Program-made: the position numbers and the translations under genes
Part shown: positions 49,564 to 61,011 of the stretch, piece by piece
How positions within the stretch are numbered: position 1 is the stretch's first letter
Layout: each line of letters begins with the position of its first letter
Notes under the pieces: generated by a model
Database searches by the model: none
What the model was told of the DNA's origin: nothing
What the model saw: only the letters and a program-made list of their open reading frames with translations
Assembly (NCBI GenBank): GCA_038087875.1
Contig: CM075990.1
Location: 930,001 to 994,000, forward strand
Direction: 5' to 3'
Length of the DNA stretch: 64,000 nt
Source: Malacoraja senta
Lineage: Eukaryota

Positions 49564-51884
49564 GGCGTCTGTGGAAAAAATCCCCATAGACCCACAGTAA
49601 ACGGACCTGAAAATACTGAAAAAAGTTTTTACTTACCTTGTAGTTAAAAAACTACAAATCCATTAGAGGAACTCCTGCTCCTCACGTCCGTTTGCGTCAA
49701 GGCGTCTGACGTAATGACGCGCAGGCGCACTGGCGGGGTTCTTCACGTAGTCACTCACGTGACTCCGAAGTAAAATTCCCGGGATGGCGGGACTGTCATA
49801 TTCTGAGAGAATGAAGCAGCTGGGCTTGTACACTCTGAAGTTTAGAAGGATGAGAGGGCATCTCATTGAAACATATAAGATTGTTAAGGGCTTGGACACA
49901 CTAGAGGCAGGAAACATGTTCCCGATGTTGGGGGAGTCCAGAACCAGGGGCCACAGTTTAAGAATAAGGAGTAAGCCATTTAGAACGAGACGAGGAAACA
50001 CTTTTTCTCACAGAGAGTGGTGAGTCTGTGGAATTCTCTGCGTCAGAGGGCAGTGGAGGATCCCTGGATGCTTTCAAGAGAGAGCTAGATTGGGCTCTTA
50101 AAAATAGCGGAGTCAGGGGATATGGGGAGAAGGCAGGAACGGGATACTGATTGGGGATGATCAGCCATGATCACATTGAATGGCTCGAAGGTCCGAATAG
50201 CCTACTCCTGCACCTATTGTCTATTGTCTATTGTTTATTTCCTTTTCTCCAGAGATGCTGCCTGTCCCGCTGAGTTACTCCAGCATTTTGTATCTGTCAT
50301 TAGTTATAAGGAGAGGTTGGTCAAACTTGAGTTGTTTTCTCCTGAGTGACAGAGTTTGATAGTATATAGAATGATGAGGGGCATATGTAGGATAGACATC
50401 CAGAATCTATTTGACAGGGTGGAAAATGTCAAAGACTACAGGGCAAAGCTTTAAGGTAAGAGGGGCAAAGTTTCAAGGAGATGTGTGGGACACGATTCGG
50501 ACACTGAAGTTGGTGGCTGCCAGGATCGCATTGTGATGGGTGGTGGTGGAGGTCAATACAATAGTGGCGTTTAAAAGCCTTTTAGAGAGGCAGATGAACA
50601 TGCAGGGAATGGAGGGACATGGATCATGAGCAGGCAGAGGAGATTACTCTATCTTGACATCATATTTGGCACAGACATTGTGGGCCGAAGGGCCTGTTCC
50701 TGTGCTGTTCTACATCGGCTGACATCAGGTCCTCCATCATCCTTGTAGACAAGGATTCCTCTTCGGTGAGTCTACTTTCCTGTTCTAATTCACACTGCCC
50801 TGGTCTCAGCACGTCCCCACTCTAATTACCGCCATGTTCCTTCCCAATGGAACCCTGAAGTTACCTGCTAAGTCAGACTAATTTCCCACCATCCTTTTTC
50901 AGAAAGGCACTTTGGTACAAAGGGTCTTTTATTGTCACGTGTCCCAATTAAGGTAGAGTGATACTTGATTGGGACACAGCCATTCTAAAAAAAGCAACAA
51001 GACACACAATATAAAAGTTAACATCAACATTAACCACAGCTGATTCCCCACATTCCTCACTGTGGTGGAAGGCAATAAAGTCTAATCTTCTTCCCTCTTT
51101 ATTCTCCCGTGGTCGGGGCAGTCGAACCGTCTGCGGTCGGGGCGGTCGAAGCGGTCGAAGCTCCCGCAGCCGGCGATCGAAACTCAGCGTTCGGGGCGGT
51201 CGAACCTCCTGCGGTGGGAGCTCCCAAAGTCGATCCCCAACAAGAGGCCATCAGCTCCTTGATGCTAGGCCGCACTGTGGACAGAGATACGATACTGAAA
51301 AATATCGCATCTCCATTGAGGGAAGAGATTTTAAAAAGTTTCTCCCAACTCCCCCTCACCCCCCACAGAAAACAAGCTAAAGAACACTAAAACATACGTT
51401 TAACACATACTATCAAACAAGAAAGAAGAAAAAGACGAGACAGACTGTTGGCGAGGCAGCCATTGCAGCGCCACCTGGTGGAAATGTACAATTTATGACC
51501 ACATTTGCAACATATCCTGGAGATTCCTTCTTCACAAGTAACTGCGGATGCTGGAATCTTGAGCAAAACAAGCGTTGGAGGAACTCAGCAGGTCGGGTAG
51601 AATCTGTGATGCGAAACGGACAGGCGACCTTTTGGGTCGGGGCCCTTCTTAATACTGATCACACCTCTTAGACACAAAATGCTGGAGCAACTCAGCGGGA
51701 CAGGCAGCAACTCCGGAGAGAAAAAATGGATGACGTTTCAGGTCGAGACCCTTCTTCAGACCACACTACTTCCCTTTCTACATTAAGAAGCTGAAGGAAG
51801 AGACTGAATTTCAGTTGGTGATTTGTGGTTCACTTCAGCCCACCTCACCATACTACACAAAGCACAAAGGCAAACATCAGAGAT

Positions 51885-52750
51885 TTAGCTTAGTTTAGTT
51901 TAAAGATACAGCGCAGAAACAGGCCCTTCAGCTCACAGAGTCTGCACCGACCAGCGATCCCCATACACTAACACTATCCTACACACACTAGTCACAATTT
52001 ACAATTATACCAAAGCCAATTAACCTACAAACCTGCAAGTTTTTGGAGTGTGGGAGGAAACTGGAGCTCCCAGAGAAAACCCACGCGGTCACAGGGAGAA
52101 CATACAAACTCCTTACAGACAGCACCTGTAGTCAGGATCGAACCTGGGTCTCTGGCGCTGTGAAGTGGCAACTCTACTGCTGCGCCACCGTGCCGCCCCA
52201 GTAAGATGTTGAGAAACATCCAGAAACTGTCAAAAGATAATCAGTTTCCTGTATTTGACAATCTGAGTGAAGTAACAAAAATAACTGTGACTGGTTCTCT
52301 GCAGCTGCCGTGCAGCACTGAGGTGAATGCATGGATACATGCAGCACCCTTGCAGCCCCACCGTAAAGCTGGGGAATTCCAGCGACTGCACCCTCCCTCT
52401 CCACATCCATCGGTGAACAGTGGCAACAGGTGCTGCAAGTGGGCGGCACGGTGGTGCAGCGGTAGAGTTGCTGCCTCACAGCGCCAGAGACCCGGGTTCG
52501 ATCTTGACCACGGGTGTTGTCTGTACTGAGTTTGTACCTTCTCCCCCCGTGACCTGCGTGGGTTTCCTCCGGGAGCTCCGGTTTCCTCCCACACTCCAAA
52601 GACGTGCAGGTTTGCACGTTAATTTGGCCTGGGTAAAATTGTAAATTGTCCCTCGTGTGTGTATGATAGTGCTAGTGTACGGGGATCGCTGGTCGGCGCG
52701 GTCATGTTGATCCTGTTTCCACACTGGAGCGATCAAGTCTAAAGTCTAAA
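51885..52750. mobile_element. Divergent pair of full-length SINEs (51885-52199 minus, 52441-52750 plus)
   Basis: Both match the family consensus; spacer about 240 bp. Confidence 0.9.
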
Positions 52751-53264
52751 AAGATCCCCCTCATCCTTCTAAACTCCAGTGAGTACAGTCCCAGAGACGT
52801 CAAACGCTCAATGTGCATTAACATCATCATCTCCAGGATCATTCTCGTAAAACTCCTCTAGAATCTCTCCAGCGCCAGCACATCCTCTGATATGGGGCCC
52901 AAAACTGCTCAAGATATGCGAAAAAACAATGGTGATAAAGGATACGGGCCATTGTTTGCTGTGGACTAGGTGAAAACGATTTACAGACAATGAAACTCAA
53001 CAAGACATGCATGGCGCTGTGCACCGGTAGGGCGTGGGTTAACAAAGTCTGTCACCTTCTGCTCCCCATGCCTCTCCGCTAAGTGTTAATTGAATGTTTA
53101 TCCATTGGTGCATTTTCCCACAGCTTTGCATGTCAGCTTGTCTCTCGTTGCTTGAGGCTACGGGCAAGCCAGAACCTGCGTCATGTATGTTTGACTGCCG
53201 AGGACAGATAAGGAGCTGCAGGTAAATGTTGAATCAGCCCTGTGCATGTCATCTGGCGAGTTAC

Positions 53265-53326
53265 AGTCGTGACGTCTTCCGGAGCGGAGCTGTGCTGGGG
53301 TGCGAGGGACTGCGGGCGAGGTGAGT
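53265..53326 (+). promoter_or_regulatory. Candidate CpG promoter and non-coding first exon ending at a splice donor
   Basis: Overlapping CRE-like TGACGTC (53270-53276) and ETS-like CTTCCGG (53276-53282), GC-rich stretch, donor GAG|GTGAGT at 53321. Confidence 0.45.
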
Positions 53327-53349
53327 GCTCTTGGCCGTGTGTCTCTTCA

Positions 53350-53945
53350 CTGGTGTGGTCTGGTGTGGTGCGGCACAGTGTGGTGTGTCGTACAGCTGGG
53401 TATGGTGTGGTATGGGGCGGTGTGATGTGGGGTGGTGTGGGGCGGTGTGATGTGGGGTGGTGTGGGGTGGTGTGGGGCAGTGTGATGTGGGGCGGTGTGG
53501 GGCGGTGTGGTGTGGGGTGGTGTGGGGCGGTGTGGTGTGGGGTGGTGTGATGTGGGGTGGTGTGATGTGGTGTGGTGTGGTGTGGGGTGGTGTGGTGTGG
53601 GGTGGTGTGGGGTGGTGTGGGGCGGTGTGGTGTGGTGTGGTGTGGTGTGGGGTGGTGTGATGTGGGGTGGTGTGGTGTGGGGTGGTGTGGGGTGGTGTGG
53701 GGCGGTGTGATGTGGGGGTGGTGTGGGGCGGTGTGATGTGGGGCGGTGTGGGGCGGTGTGATGTGGGGTGGTGTGGGGTGGTGTGGTGTGGTGTGGGGTG
53801 GTGTGGGGCGGTGTGATGTGGCACAGTGTGGTGTGGTGTGGTGTGGGGCGGTGTGGGACGGTGTGATGTGGCACAGTGTGGTGTGGTGTGGTGGGGTGGG
53901 GTATGATGTGGCACAGTGTGGTGTGTTGGGGTGTGGTGTGGTGCG
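53350..53945 (+). repeat. (GGTGT/GGGGT)n pentamer satellite
   Basis: About 600 bp of G-rich pentamer variants. Confidence 0.98.
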
Positions 53946-54246
53946 GTGCCCAGCGCTGGCCGTGCAGAGCCAGAGACACGAAGGGAAGGGCAACACTCAC
54001 TGGGAGACCAGCTACACCAAGCTGACCGCGGAGGCTCAAGGGGCTGCAGATGCTGGAATCCGGAGCTAACACCAAGTGCTGTAGGAACTCAGTGGGTCAG
54101 GCAGCATCTGTGGAGGGAATGGACAGGTGATGTTTCAGGTCGGAAACATCGTGTGAACGCGTGATCAATGGTTGGCATAGACTCAGTGGGTTGACGTATC
54201 TGTTTCCAAATGAAACTAACAGTGTGGCTTTGTATGTTAATCTGTA

Positions 54247-54609
54247 AATTGTCCCTAGTGTGTAGGGAGTGGATGAGAAAGTGGGATAACATAGAACTAG
54301 TGTGAACGGGTGATCACTGGTTGACTCGATGGGCCGAAGGGCCTGTTTCCGTGCTCTGTTTTTCGATCTTTCAATTAATAGATGAGGCTGATACAGTCAT
54401 GAAAACAATGTCCTCATGTGCGTTGGTCTCAGCTCCAGTCTAACCGGAGCCACTGACCAGATAACATCACTGTGGTCATTTATTCCCCTGTACCCCTGTA
54501 ACCAGCTTCACACTGCAAGCAGCAAAACACCGCCCCAAACAGGCAGCTCCCTTCTACAGAAAGACACAAAGTACTGGTGTAACTCAGCGGGTCGGGCAGC
54601 ATCTCTGGA
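54247..54609 (+). repeat. Arm 1 of a ~365-bp inverted duplication (partner 61012-61386)
   Basis: Reverse-complement match that includes a core at ~54360-54560 seen nowhere else in the window. Confidence 0.93.
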
Positions 54610-55422
54610 ATAAAAGGATGAGTGACGTTTCGGGTCGGGACCCTTCTTCAGACAATGGGCAATAACAAGAAATAACTTGCCAGCAATGGTTGGAGATATC
54701 AATCAGTTTTTAATTCAGATGTAAACAATATGCGGACAATATATGTACAAGATGTACAATGTGTATTGTGCAAACGCTCAGTGAAATTCTTTCCCCACAT
54801 TCAGTCCAGTAGAGTATTGCCGTACCCAAACACATCCCCGATTAGCAAGTGTACAGAAATAGTCTACTGAGCCCGCATGCATCATGTGTTGGCACCATTT
54901 CCCAAGTCCGCGCTCTAGTTGTTGTGAGCGGTGCCTGATCCAGGCGAGCCCCAGGCTGCTGCAGGGCCTCCAGCCGTCTCCATCCTTGGATGCCACGTCC
55001 CTCTCCTCGCCCGCCCACCTTTGTTCCCCGGGGGGGTGGGAGCCTCCCGCAGCCGACCTCGAGGGCGCGGTGGGCCAGACCCCGGTTCCCTCTCCTCTCC
55101 CACCGGCCTCCTGGCCCAACACGTCCGCCTTCGTCACCGCCAGCTCCCATTACACAGGACTACAGAGCAAAGGGCAGATAGAGAATCCTGTAAGAAGTCA
55201 GAAATGGCTTGAGTTCAGTTCAGTTTAGTTTAGTTCAGTTTATTGTGACGTGTACCGAGGTACAGTGTAAAGCTTTTGTTGGGTGCTAACCAGTCAGCGG
55301 AAAGACAATACATGATTACAATCGAGCCGTCCACGGTGTACATGTGTACAGTACAACTCCCACTAGTCTTACAGCCTCCGACTACATTCTATCTTTGTCC
55401 CGCCCCCTCCCCTGACATCAGT

Positions 55423-55450
55423 CTGAAGAAGGGTCTCGACCCGAAACGTC
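55423..55450 (+). ncRNA. Minimal hammerhead-ribozyme-like motif in a Penelope terminal repeat (representative copy)
   Basis: CTGAAGA-A-GGGTC-TC-GACCC-GAAAC-GTC: CUGANGA box, stem II, GAAA box, palindromic ACGT and GUC triplet. Confidence 0.65.
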
Positions 55451-55990
55451 GCCCATTCCTTCTCTCCAGAGATGCTGTCTCACCCGCTGAGTTACTCCAG
55501 CATTTTGTGTCTACCTTCGATTTAAACCAGAATCTGCAGTCCTTTCTTACACATAACAATGATTTATTCTTCATTTTCCTTCAACTTCATCTCCTTTGAT
55601 CTCTCGTTTTCACACCTTACCTTTCCCCTCTCCCCTCTCTCCTTGATTAGTCCAGGTGTTTCTTGATTAGTACGGGTGTCAGCGGTTATGGGGAAAAGGC
55701 AGGAGAATGGGGTTAGGAGGGAGAGATAGATCAGCCATGATTGAATGGCGGAGTAGACTAGATGGGCAAATGGTCTAATTTTACTCCAATCACATGAACT
55801 TATGACTAGCAGTCTGAAGAAGTGTCTCCCATTCCTTCTCTCCAGAGAAGCTGCCTCACCCGCTGAGTTACTCCAGCATTTTGTGTCTATCCGGTGTAAA
55901 ACAGCATCTGCAGTTCCTTCCTACATACTAACTACAACTTCTTTCACCAGGTCAATATCAGAAGGTGACAGTTTTGAGAAACCTTGAGCC

Positions 55991-56057
55991 ATGGCTTTCA
56001 ATGGAGATTGGAAAGCCTGTGAAAATGATAACTTTGAGGCAGTTCTAATTGCCTTGG
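55991..56057 (+). CDS. fabp2: FABP2-like fatty acid-binding protein, coding exon 1 (MAFNGDWKACENDNFEAVLIAL-G)
   Basis: Kozak context GCCATGG, FABP signature F.G.W....N.., 67 coding nt, phase-1 donor G|GTAAGT. Orthology to fabp2 is not certain. Confidence 0.9.
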
Positions 56058-56232
56058 GTAAGTTTGAGTTGATTGTCATGTGTACCGAGGTCCAGTGAAA
56101 AGCTTTTGCTGCCTGCTAACCCGTCAATACACGATCACAATCGAGCCATTCATAGTGTACAGATACATGATAAAGGGAGTAATGTTTAGTGCAATATGTC
56201 AATGCTCCTTGAGTCAGGAAAGATCATTTACA

Positions 56233-56512
56233 GGTGGCACGGTGGCGCAGCGGTAGAGTTGCTGCCTCACAGCGCCAGAGACCCGGGTTCGATCCTGACT
56301 ACGGGTGCTGTCTGTACGGAGTTTGTACGTTCTCCCCGTGACCTGCGTGGGTTTTCTCCGGGTTCCCCCACATTCCAAATGCGTACAGGTTTGTACATTA
56401 ATTAGCTTCAGTACAACTTGTCCCTAGTGTGTAGGATACAACTAGTGTATGGATGCTTACTGGTCAGCGAGGACTCGGTGGGCCAAAGGGCCTGTTTCCA
56501 GGCTGTATCTCT
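56233..56512 (+). mobile_element. HE1/V-SINE-type SINE (intronic)
   Basis: Matches the family consensus. Confidence 0.88.
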
Positions 56513-57171
56513 GATCCAAACATGCCCATCCCAACAAAGATCATCACACGTTTTAGAGAGGGACTTAACATTTAAGCAAATAGTTAAACAATGAATCTGA
56601 ATGTTTAAAAAATCAGTTCCACAAGATGGGTGAGCTAACATTATGAATAGATAGTAAAAAACAAAGTGCTGGTGGAATTCAGCAGGTCAGGCAGCATCTG
56701 TGGAGGGAATGGAAAAAGGACGTTTAGGATCGAAACATTCGATGGAGAAGGACACACCATGGAGAATTAGCTAGATAGGGCTCTTAAAGATAGCGGAGTC
56801 AGGAGATATGGGGAGAAGGCAGGAACGGGGTACTGATTGTGGATGATCAGCCATGATCACAATGAATGGCGTTGCTGGCTCGAAGGGCCGAATGGCCTAC
56901 TCCTGCACCTATTGTCTATTGTCTATTGAGAAGGGCACTGTCCCAGTCTTGAGCTAATGCTACCCGAGACACTGTGTTCCTCCAGCACTTTTGCTCAAGA
57001 TTTAAGTGTCCGTAGATTCTTGTGTCTGTCTCCATTATAAATAGATATACAGGTATGCATGTTTGGACGTGTTCACTATGGTGTTGTGGGGAGTTCTCAA
57101 GGTCTGTGGTAATTACCTTTTTGTTCCTTAGGAAAGATGGACATTAAAGGGTGGGGTGTTCACTGAATACA

Positions 57172-57470
57172 AGTTAGTTTTAGTTTAGAGATACAACGTG
57201 AAAACAGGCCCTTCGGCCCTCCACGTCCATGCGACTAGCGTGCATTAACACTATCATACACACCAGGGACAATTTACAATTTTACTGAAACCAATGAACC
57301 TACAAACCTGTACGTCTTTCGAGTTTGGGAGGAAACCTGGACACCCGGAGAAAACCCACGCGGTCACGGGGGGAACGTGCAAACTCCGTACAGACAGCAC
57401 CCGTAGTCAGGATTGAACCCGGCTCTCTGGCGCTGTGAGGCAGCAACTCTACCGCTGCACCACTGTGCCG
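57172..57470 (-). mobile_element. HE1/V-SINE-type SINE (intronic)
   Basis: Matches the family consensus. Confidence 0.88.
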
Positions 57471-57542
57471 TCCTCATGTTAAGAGTCAAGAGTCAAGAGT
57501 GTTTTATTGCCATATGTCCCAGATAGAACAATGAAATTCTTA

Positions 57543-57769
57543 AGGCCCTGTCCCACTTACGTGTCCTTGGCACGCAAATTACGCGACCTCGTCGTTGCGT
57601 TGAGACGTATGTGCATCGTATGGCCGTGCGGGGCCGGTCCCACTGAGAAGCGCGGAGTGGTATGGAGTTGTGTGCGATAACGCGCGGCGCTCCGAAATTT
57701 TATAGCGAACAAAATCTTCGCGCGCCACCGGCCTGTCGCGTAACTGACGGCCAAAGTGGGACAGGCCCA
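57543..57769. mobile_element. Short Harbinger-type MITE
   Basis: AGGCCCTGTCCCACTT...AAGTGGGACAGGCCCA; interior shares the GGGGCCGGTCCCAC..ATGGAGTTGTG core with the 16228 and 33485 copies. Confidence 0.8.
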
Positions 57770-58329
57770 AGACCCTGGCGCGACGCAACGTCTCACCTTC
57801 AACAGCAGCAGAAGCAGGCGAACGATCGCCGAGCTCGGCCTGGGGCTCATGGCCGTTGCGGATCCGGATCCGTCCCCACTTCTACTCCCAGAGCGGGGCC
57901 AAGAAAATTGAAGATAGACACAAAATGCTGGAGTAACTCAGCGGGACCGGCAGCATCTCTGGAGAGAAGGAATGGGTGAAGTTTCGGGTCAAGACCCTTC
58001 TTTCAGACCAAATGTAAACGTAGTACTGTAAACAATATAATAAACGAGAAAATAGTTGAGTGTGTGTATATAGACCTTTACACACACACACACAGACATA
58101 AAACCAATGCCCTGAGGTCTATGTAGTTCAGAGTTTATTTGGAGGTTTAGTTTAGTTTAGTTTGGAGATACAGTGTGGAAACAGGCCCTTCGGCCCACCA
58201 AGGCCTCACTGACCAACAATCCCCGCACATTATCTTACTTTCACACACTAGGGACAATTTACACTGGGCCTCCAGCACTGCAAACACTGTAAGGCAGCAA
58301 CTCTACCGCTGCTCCACTGTGCCACCCTA

Positions 58330-58570
58330 CGTTGAAGTGTTTAATAGCCCGAAGGCTGTAAAAAAGCTGTTCCTGAACTTGGACGTTACAGTTTTCAGTC
58401 TGCTGTACCTTCTTCCCGATGACAAGAGTGAAATGAGAGTATGGCCAGGGTGGTGTGGGTCTCTGATGATGCTGGCTGCCTTTTTGAGGCAGCGACTCCT
58501 GTAGATCCCTTCGACGGTGGGGAGGTCAGTACCCGTGATGGACCGGGCAGGGTCCACCACTTTTTGCATT
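58330..58570 (-). mobile_element. Rex1-like LINE C-terminal fragment
   Basis: ARSITGTDLPTVEGIYRSRCLKKAASIIRDPHHPGH..LLSSGRRY..FRNSFF. Confidence 0.8.
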
Positions 58571-58872
58571 TAACATTGTTAAATGCAAAGAGTAGACTAA
58601 ACGATCTTAACTCAGAGGGTCAGGGTATAGAAATAGTCTTGCTGGAGTTAACCAATAATACGTGGAGCACTTTTATATGTTTTAACAGTAATTATAATGT
58701 TGGGCATGGTACAAATGATGAAATCTATCAACTGGTTATGTGGAGATAAATGAGGGTGACTTTAATTTTCATGTGTCGTTGGCAAGACAAATTGACAAAT
58801 GTATTTTTGAGAATGAATCTGCCAGAATGTTACAGAACTTTGTTTAGAAGGATGATGGGAGATCTCATTCGG

Positions 58873-59170
58873 CTTTAGAGATACAGCGCGGAAACAGACC
58901 TTTCGGCCCACCAAGACCACACCGACCAGCGATCACCCCATACACTAATATCATCCTACACACTAGGGACAATTTAGAATTTTACCAAAGCCTATTAACC
59001 TAAAACCTGTACGTCTGTGGATGTGGCAGGAAACTGGAGCACCCAGAGAAACCCATGCAGTCACAGGGAGAACGTGCAAACTCTGCACAGACAGCACCTG
59101 TAGTCAGGACCCTACCCGGGTCTCTGTTGCTGTAAGGCAGCAACTCTACTGCTGCGCCACCGTGCTGCCC
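58873..59170 (-). mobile_element. HE1/V-SINE-type SINE (intronic)
   Basis: Matches the family consensus. Confidence 0.88.
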
Positions 59171-59450
59171 TAAATCATTGAAACTTACCGCATATTAGAA
59201 GGCCCGGACAGCGTGAATGTCAATGGTTTCTGTACCAAGTTACAGTGAAATACTTCTTTTGCAGGCAGCTGAGGGAGACTATCCCCGTACATAAGCACAT
59301 CCCCCTGTTAGTATCGGATGTACAGAACAGGCCCCTGAGTCCATTTGCAAGAGGTACCATATTGGGGCCATTTCCCAGTCCCAGCTGTATTCTGGGAACA
59401 TTCAGGGAATATGGGAATATCCTGGGTTTGCTCTGTGATTGCACTGGGAA

Positions 59451-60060
59451 TTCAAGATTCAAGATTCAAGAGAGTTTATTGTCATGTGTCCCAGATAGGA
59501 CAATGACATTCTTGCTTTGCTTCAGCACAACAGAACATAGTAGGGATGACTACAGAACAGATCAGTGTGTCCATATACCATTATATAAATATATACACAC
59601 ATGAATAAATAAACTGATAAAGTGCAGATAAACAGATAATGGTCTATTAATGTTGCCTATTTCCTTCGCTCCATAGATGCTGCTGCACCCGCTGAGTTTC
59701 TCCAGCATTTTTGTGTACCAATGGTCTATTAATGTTCAGAGTTTTGTCCGAGCCAAGTTTAATAGCCTGATGGCTGTGGGGAAGCAGCTATTCCTGAAAC
59801 TGGACGTTGTAGTCCTCAGTCTCATGTACCTTCTACCTGAAGGTAGCGGGGAGTTGAGTGTGTGGCCAGGATGGTGTGGATCCTTGATGATGCTGCCAGC
59901 CTTTTTGAGTTAGCGACTGCGATAGATCCCCTCGATGGTAGGGAGGTCAGAGCTGATGATGGACTGGGCAGTGTTTACTACTTTTTGTAGCCTTTTCCTC
60001 TCCAGGGCGCTCAAGTTGCCGAACCAAGCCACGACGCAACCGGTCAGCATGCTCTCACTC
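59451..60060 (-). mobile_element. Rex1-like LINE 3' end with (TCTTGAA)n tail
   Basis: Same C-terminal coding as 58330-58570; tail appears as TTCAAGA repeats on the + strand. Confidence 0.75.
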
Positions 60061-60069
60061 CACAAATAT

Positions 60070-60366
60070 TCCAGAAATACTCTGGGTATGCTCTGGGATC
60101 ACTCTGGGATCACTGGGATTGCTCTGGGAATACTCTGGGAATACTCCAAGAATTGGGATAGCTTTGAGATTGCTATGGGATTGTTCTGGGATTGTTCTGG
60201 GATTGTTCTGGGAATACTCTGGGAATACTCTGGGAATATGCTGGGAATACTCTGGGAATACTCTGGGAATACTCTGGGAATACTCCGGGAATACTCCGGG
60301 AATGCTCTGGGAATACTCTGGGAATACTCTGGGAATACTCCGGGAATACTCCGGGATTGCTCTGGG
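60070..60366 (+). repeat. 11-bp minisatellite (GGGAATACTCT)n
   Basis: About 26 tandem units just upstream of FABP exon 2. Confidence 0.97.
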
Positions 60367-60441
60367 GCTGAACGTTGAGGGCTCTCCCCGGACCCTGCCA
60401 CAGTGGGGTGGCCTGATGCGGCGCGCTGCTCTCTATTACAG

Positions 60442-60614
60442 GGATGCCTGAGCAGCACAGGACCAAGATGCTGGAGGACAAGACGGAGATGAGCATCAAG
60501 CAGGTGGGCGGCAGCTTCACCATCGAGGAGAGAAGCTGCCTCTGCACAAAGACATCGGAGTGGAACGTGGATGAAGAATTTGAAACTCTTCTTGCTGACG
60601 GGAGTCGAGTGAAG
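60442..60614 (+). CDS. fabp2: FABP2-like coding exon 2 (G-MPEQHRTKMLEDKTEMSIKQVGGSFTIEERSCLCTKTSEWNVDEEFETLLADGSRVK)
   Basis: TTACAG acceptor and AAG|GTATTG donor; 173 nt, phase 1 to 0, as in the FABP family; I.Q.G..FT..E.S and LADG motifs resemble FABP2. Confidence 0.93.
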
Positions 60615-60634
60615 GTATTGCAGGAAGACGTCAC

Positions 60635-60820
60635 CCCTCCCTCCCCCCCTCCCCCCTCCCCCCTCCCCACTTCCTCAGTGACCCCCTCCCCAAGGTCCCC
60701 CTATGCCCTCCCCCCTTCCCCCTCCCCCCTTCACCCCCCTTCCCCCTCCCCTCCTATCCCCCTGCCCCCCCCCTCTCCCCCTCCCCCCCCTCTCCCCCTC
60801 CCCCCCACCCAACCCCTTCC
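60635..60820 (+). repeat. C-rich low-complexity tract
   Basis: Seen directly in the sequence. Confidence 0.95.
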
Positions 60821-61011
60821 AACTCTATTCCTTCCTCTGGCTTCACATTTTCACACATCTTCTCTCCTGGCCTCCTTATCTCATAGCCTTTTGTCTTTCC
60901 ATCTCTGGCCTTTGTCCACCTATATAGCAATCTAATGCCTCTCACCTGTATCCACCTATCACTCGCCAGGCTTTATCTTGCCCCACCTCTCTTCCAACTT
61001 TCTCCATGTTC

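Larger units (their letters stand above)
44477..49776 (-). mobile_element. DIRS1-like tyrosine-recombinase retrotransposon, structurally full length with decayed ORFs
   Basis: 35-bp inverted repeats at 44546-44580 and 49715-49749, an internal complementary region at 44704-44815, and gag, RT, RNase H, methyltransferase and YR coding remnants. Confidence 0.96.
44365..50235 (+). mobile_element. CR1 LINE 3' end split by the DIRS insertion (44365-44476 and 49777-50235)
   Basis: Joining the halves gives AAGGTTAAT|TCCCGGG, the same as the uninterrupted copy at about 61746-61761. Confidence 0.93.

Noticed and set aside
53181..54075. Long His/Pro/Thr-rich and Gly/Val/Trp-rich ORFs
   Set aside because: Translation of the (GGTGT)n satellite.
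54842..55228. Overlapping GC-rich ORFs upstream of FABP exon 1
   Set aside because: Open in many frames because of GC content; no recognisable domain or convincing splice pair; origin unresolved.
57120..57175. Apparent acceptor plus ERWTLKGGVFTEYK resembling an extra FABP exon 3
   Set aside because: Better explained as a decayed CR1 endonuclease piece (RKD...GGV), with further pieces near 56590-56650 and 58570-58860 (GDFNF); no donor site.
60070..60366. Repeat protein ORFs (GILWEYSGN)n
   Set aside because: An 11-bp unit that is open in several frames on both strands; it is a minisatellite.
60615..60935. Pro-rich extension of ORF 60444-60935
   Set aside because: Read-through past the splice donor at 60615 into a C-rich intronic tract.
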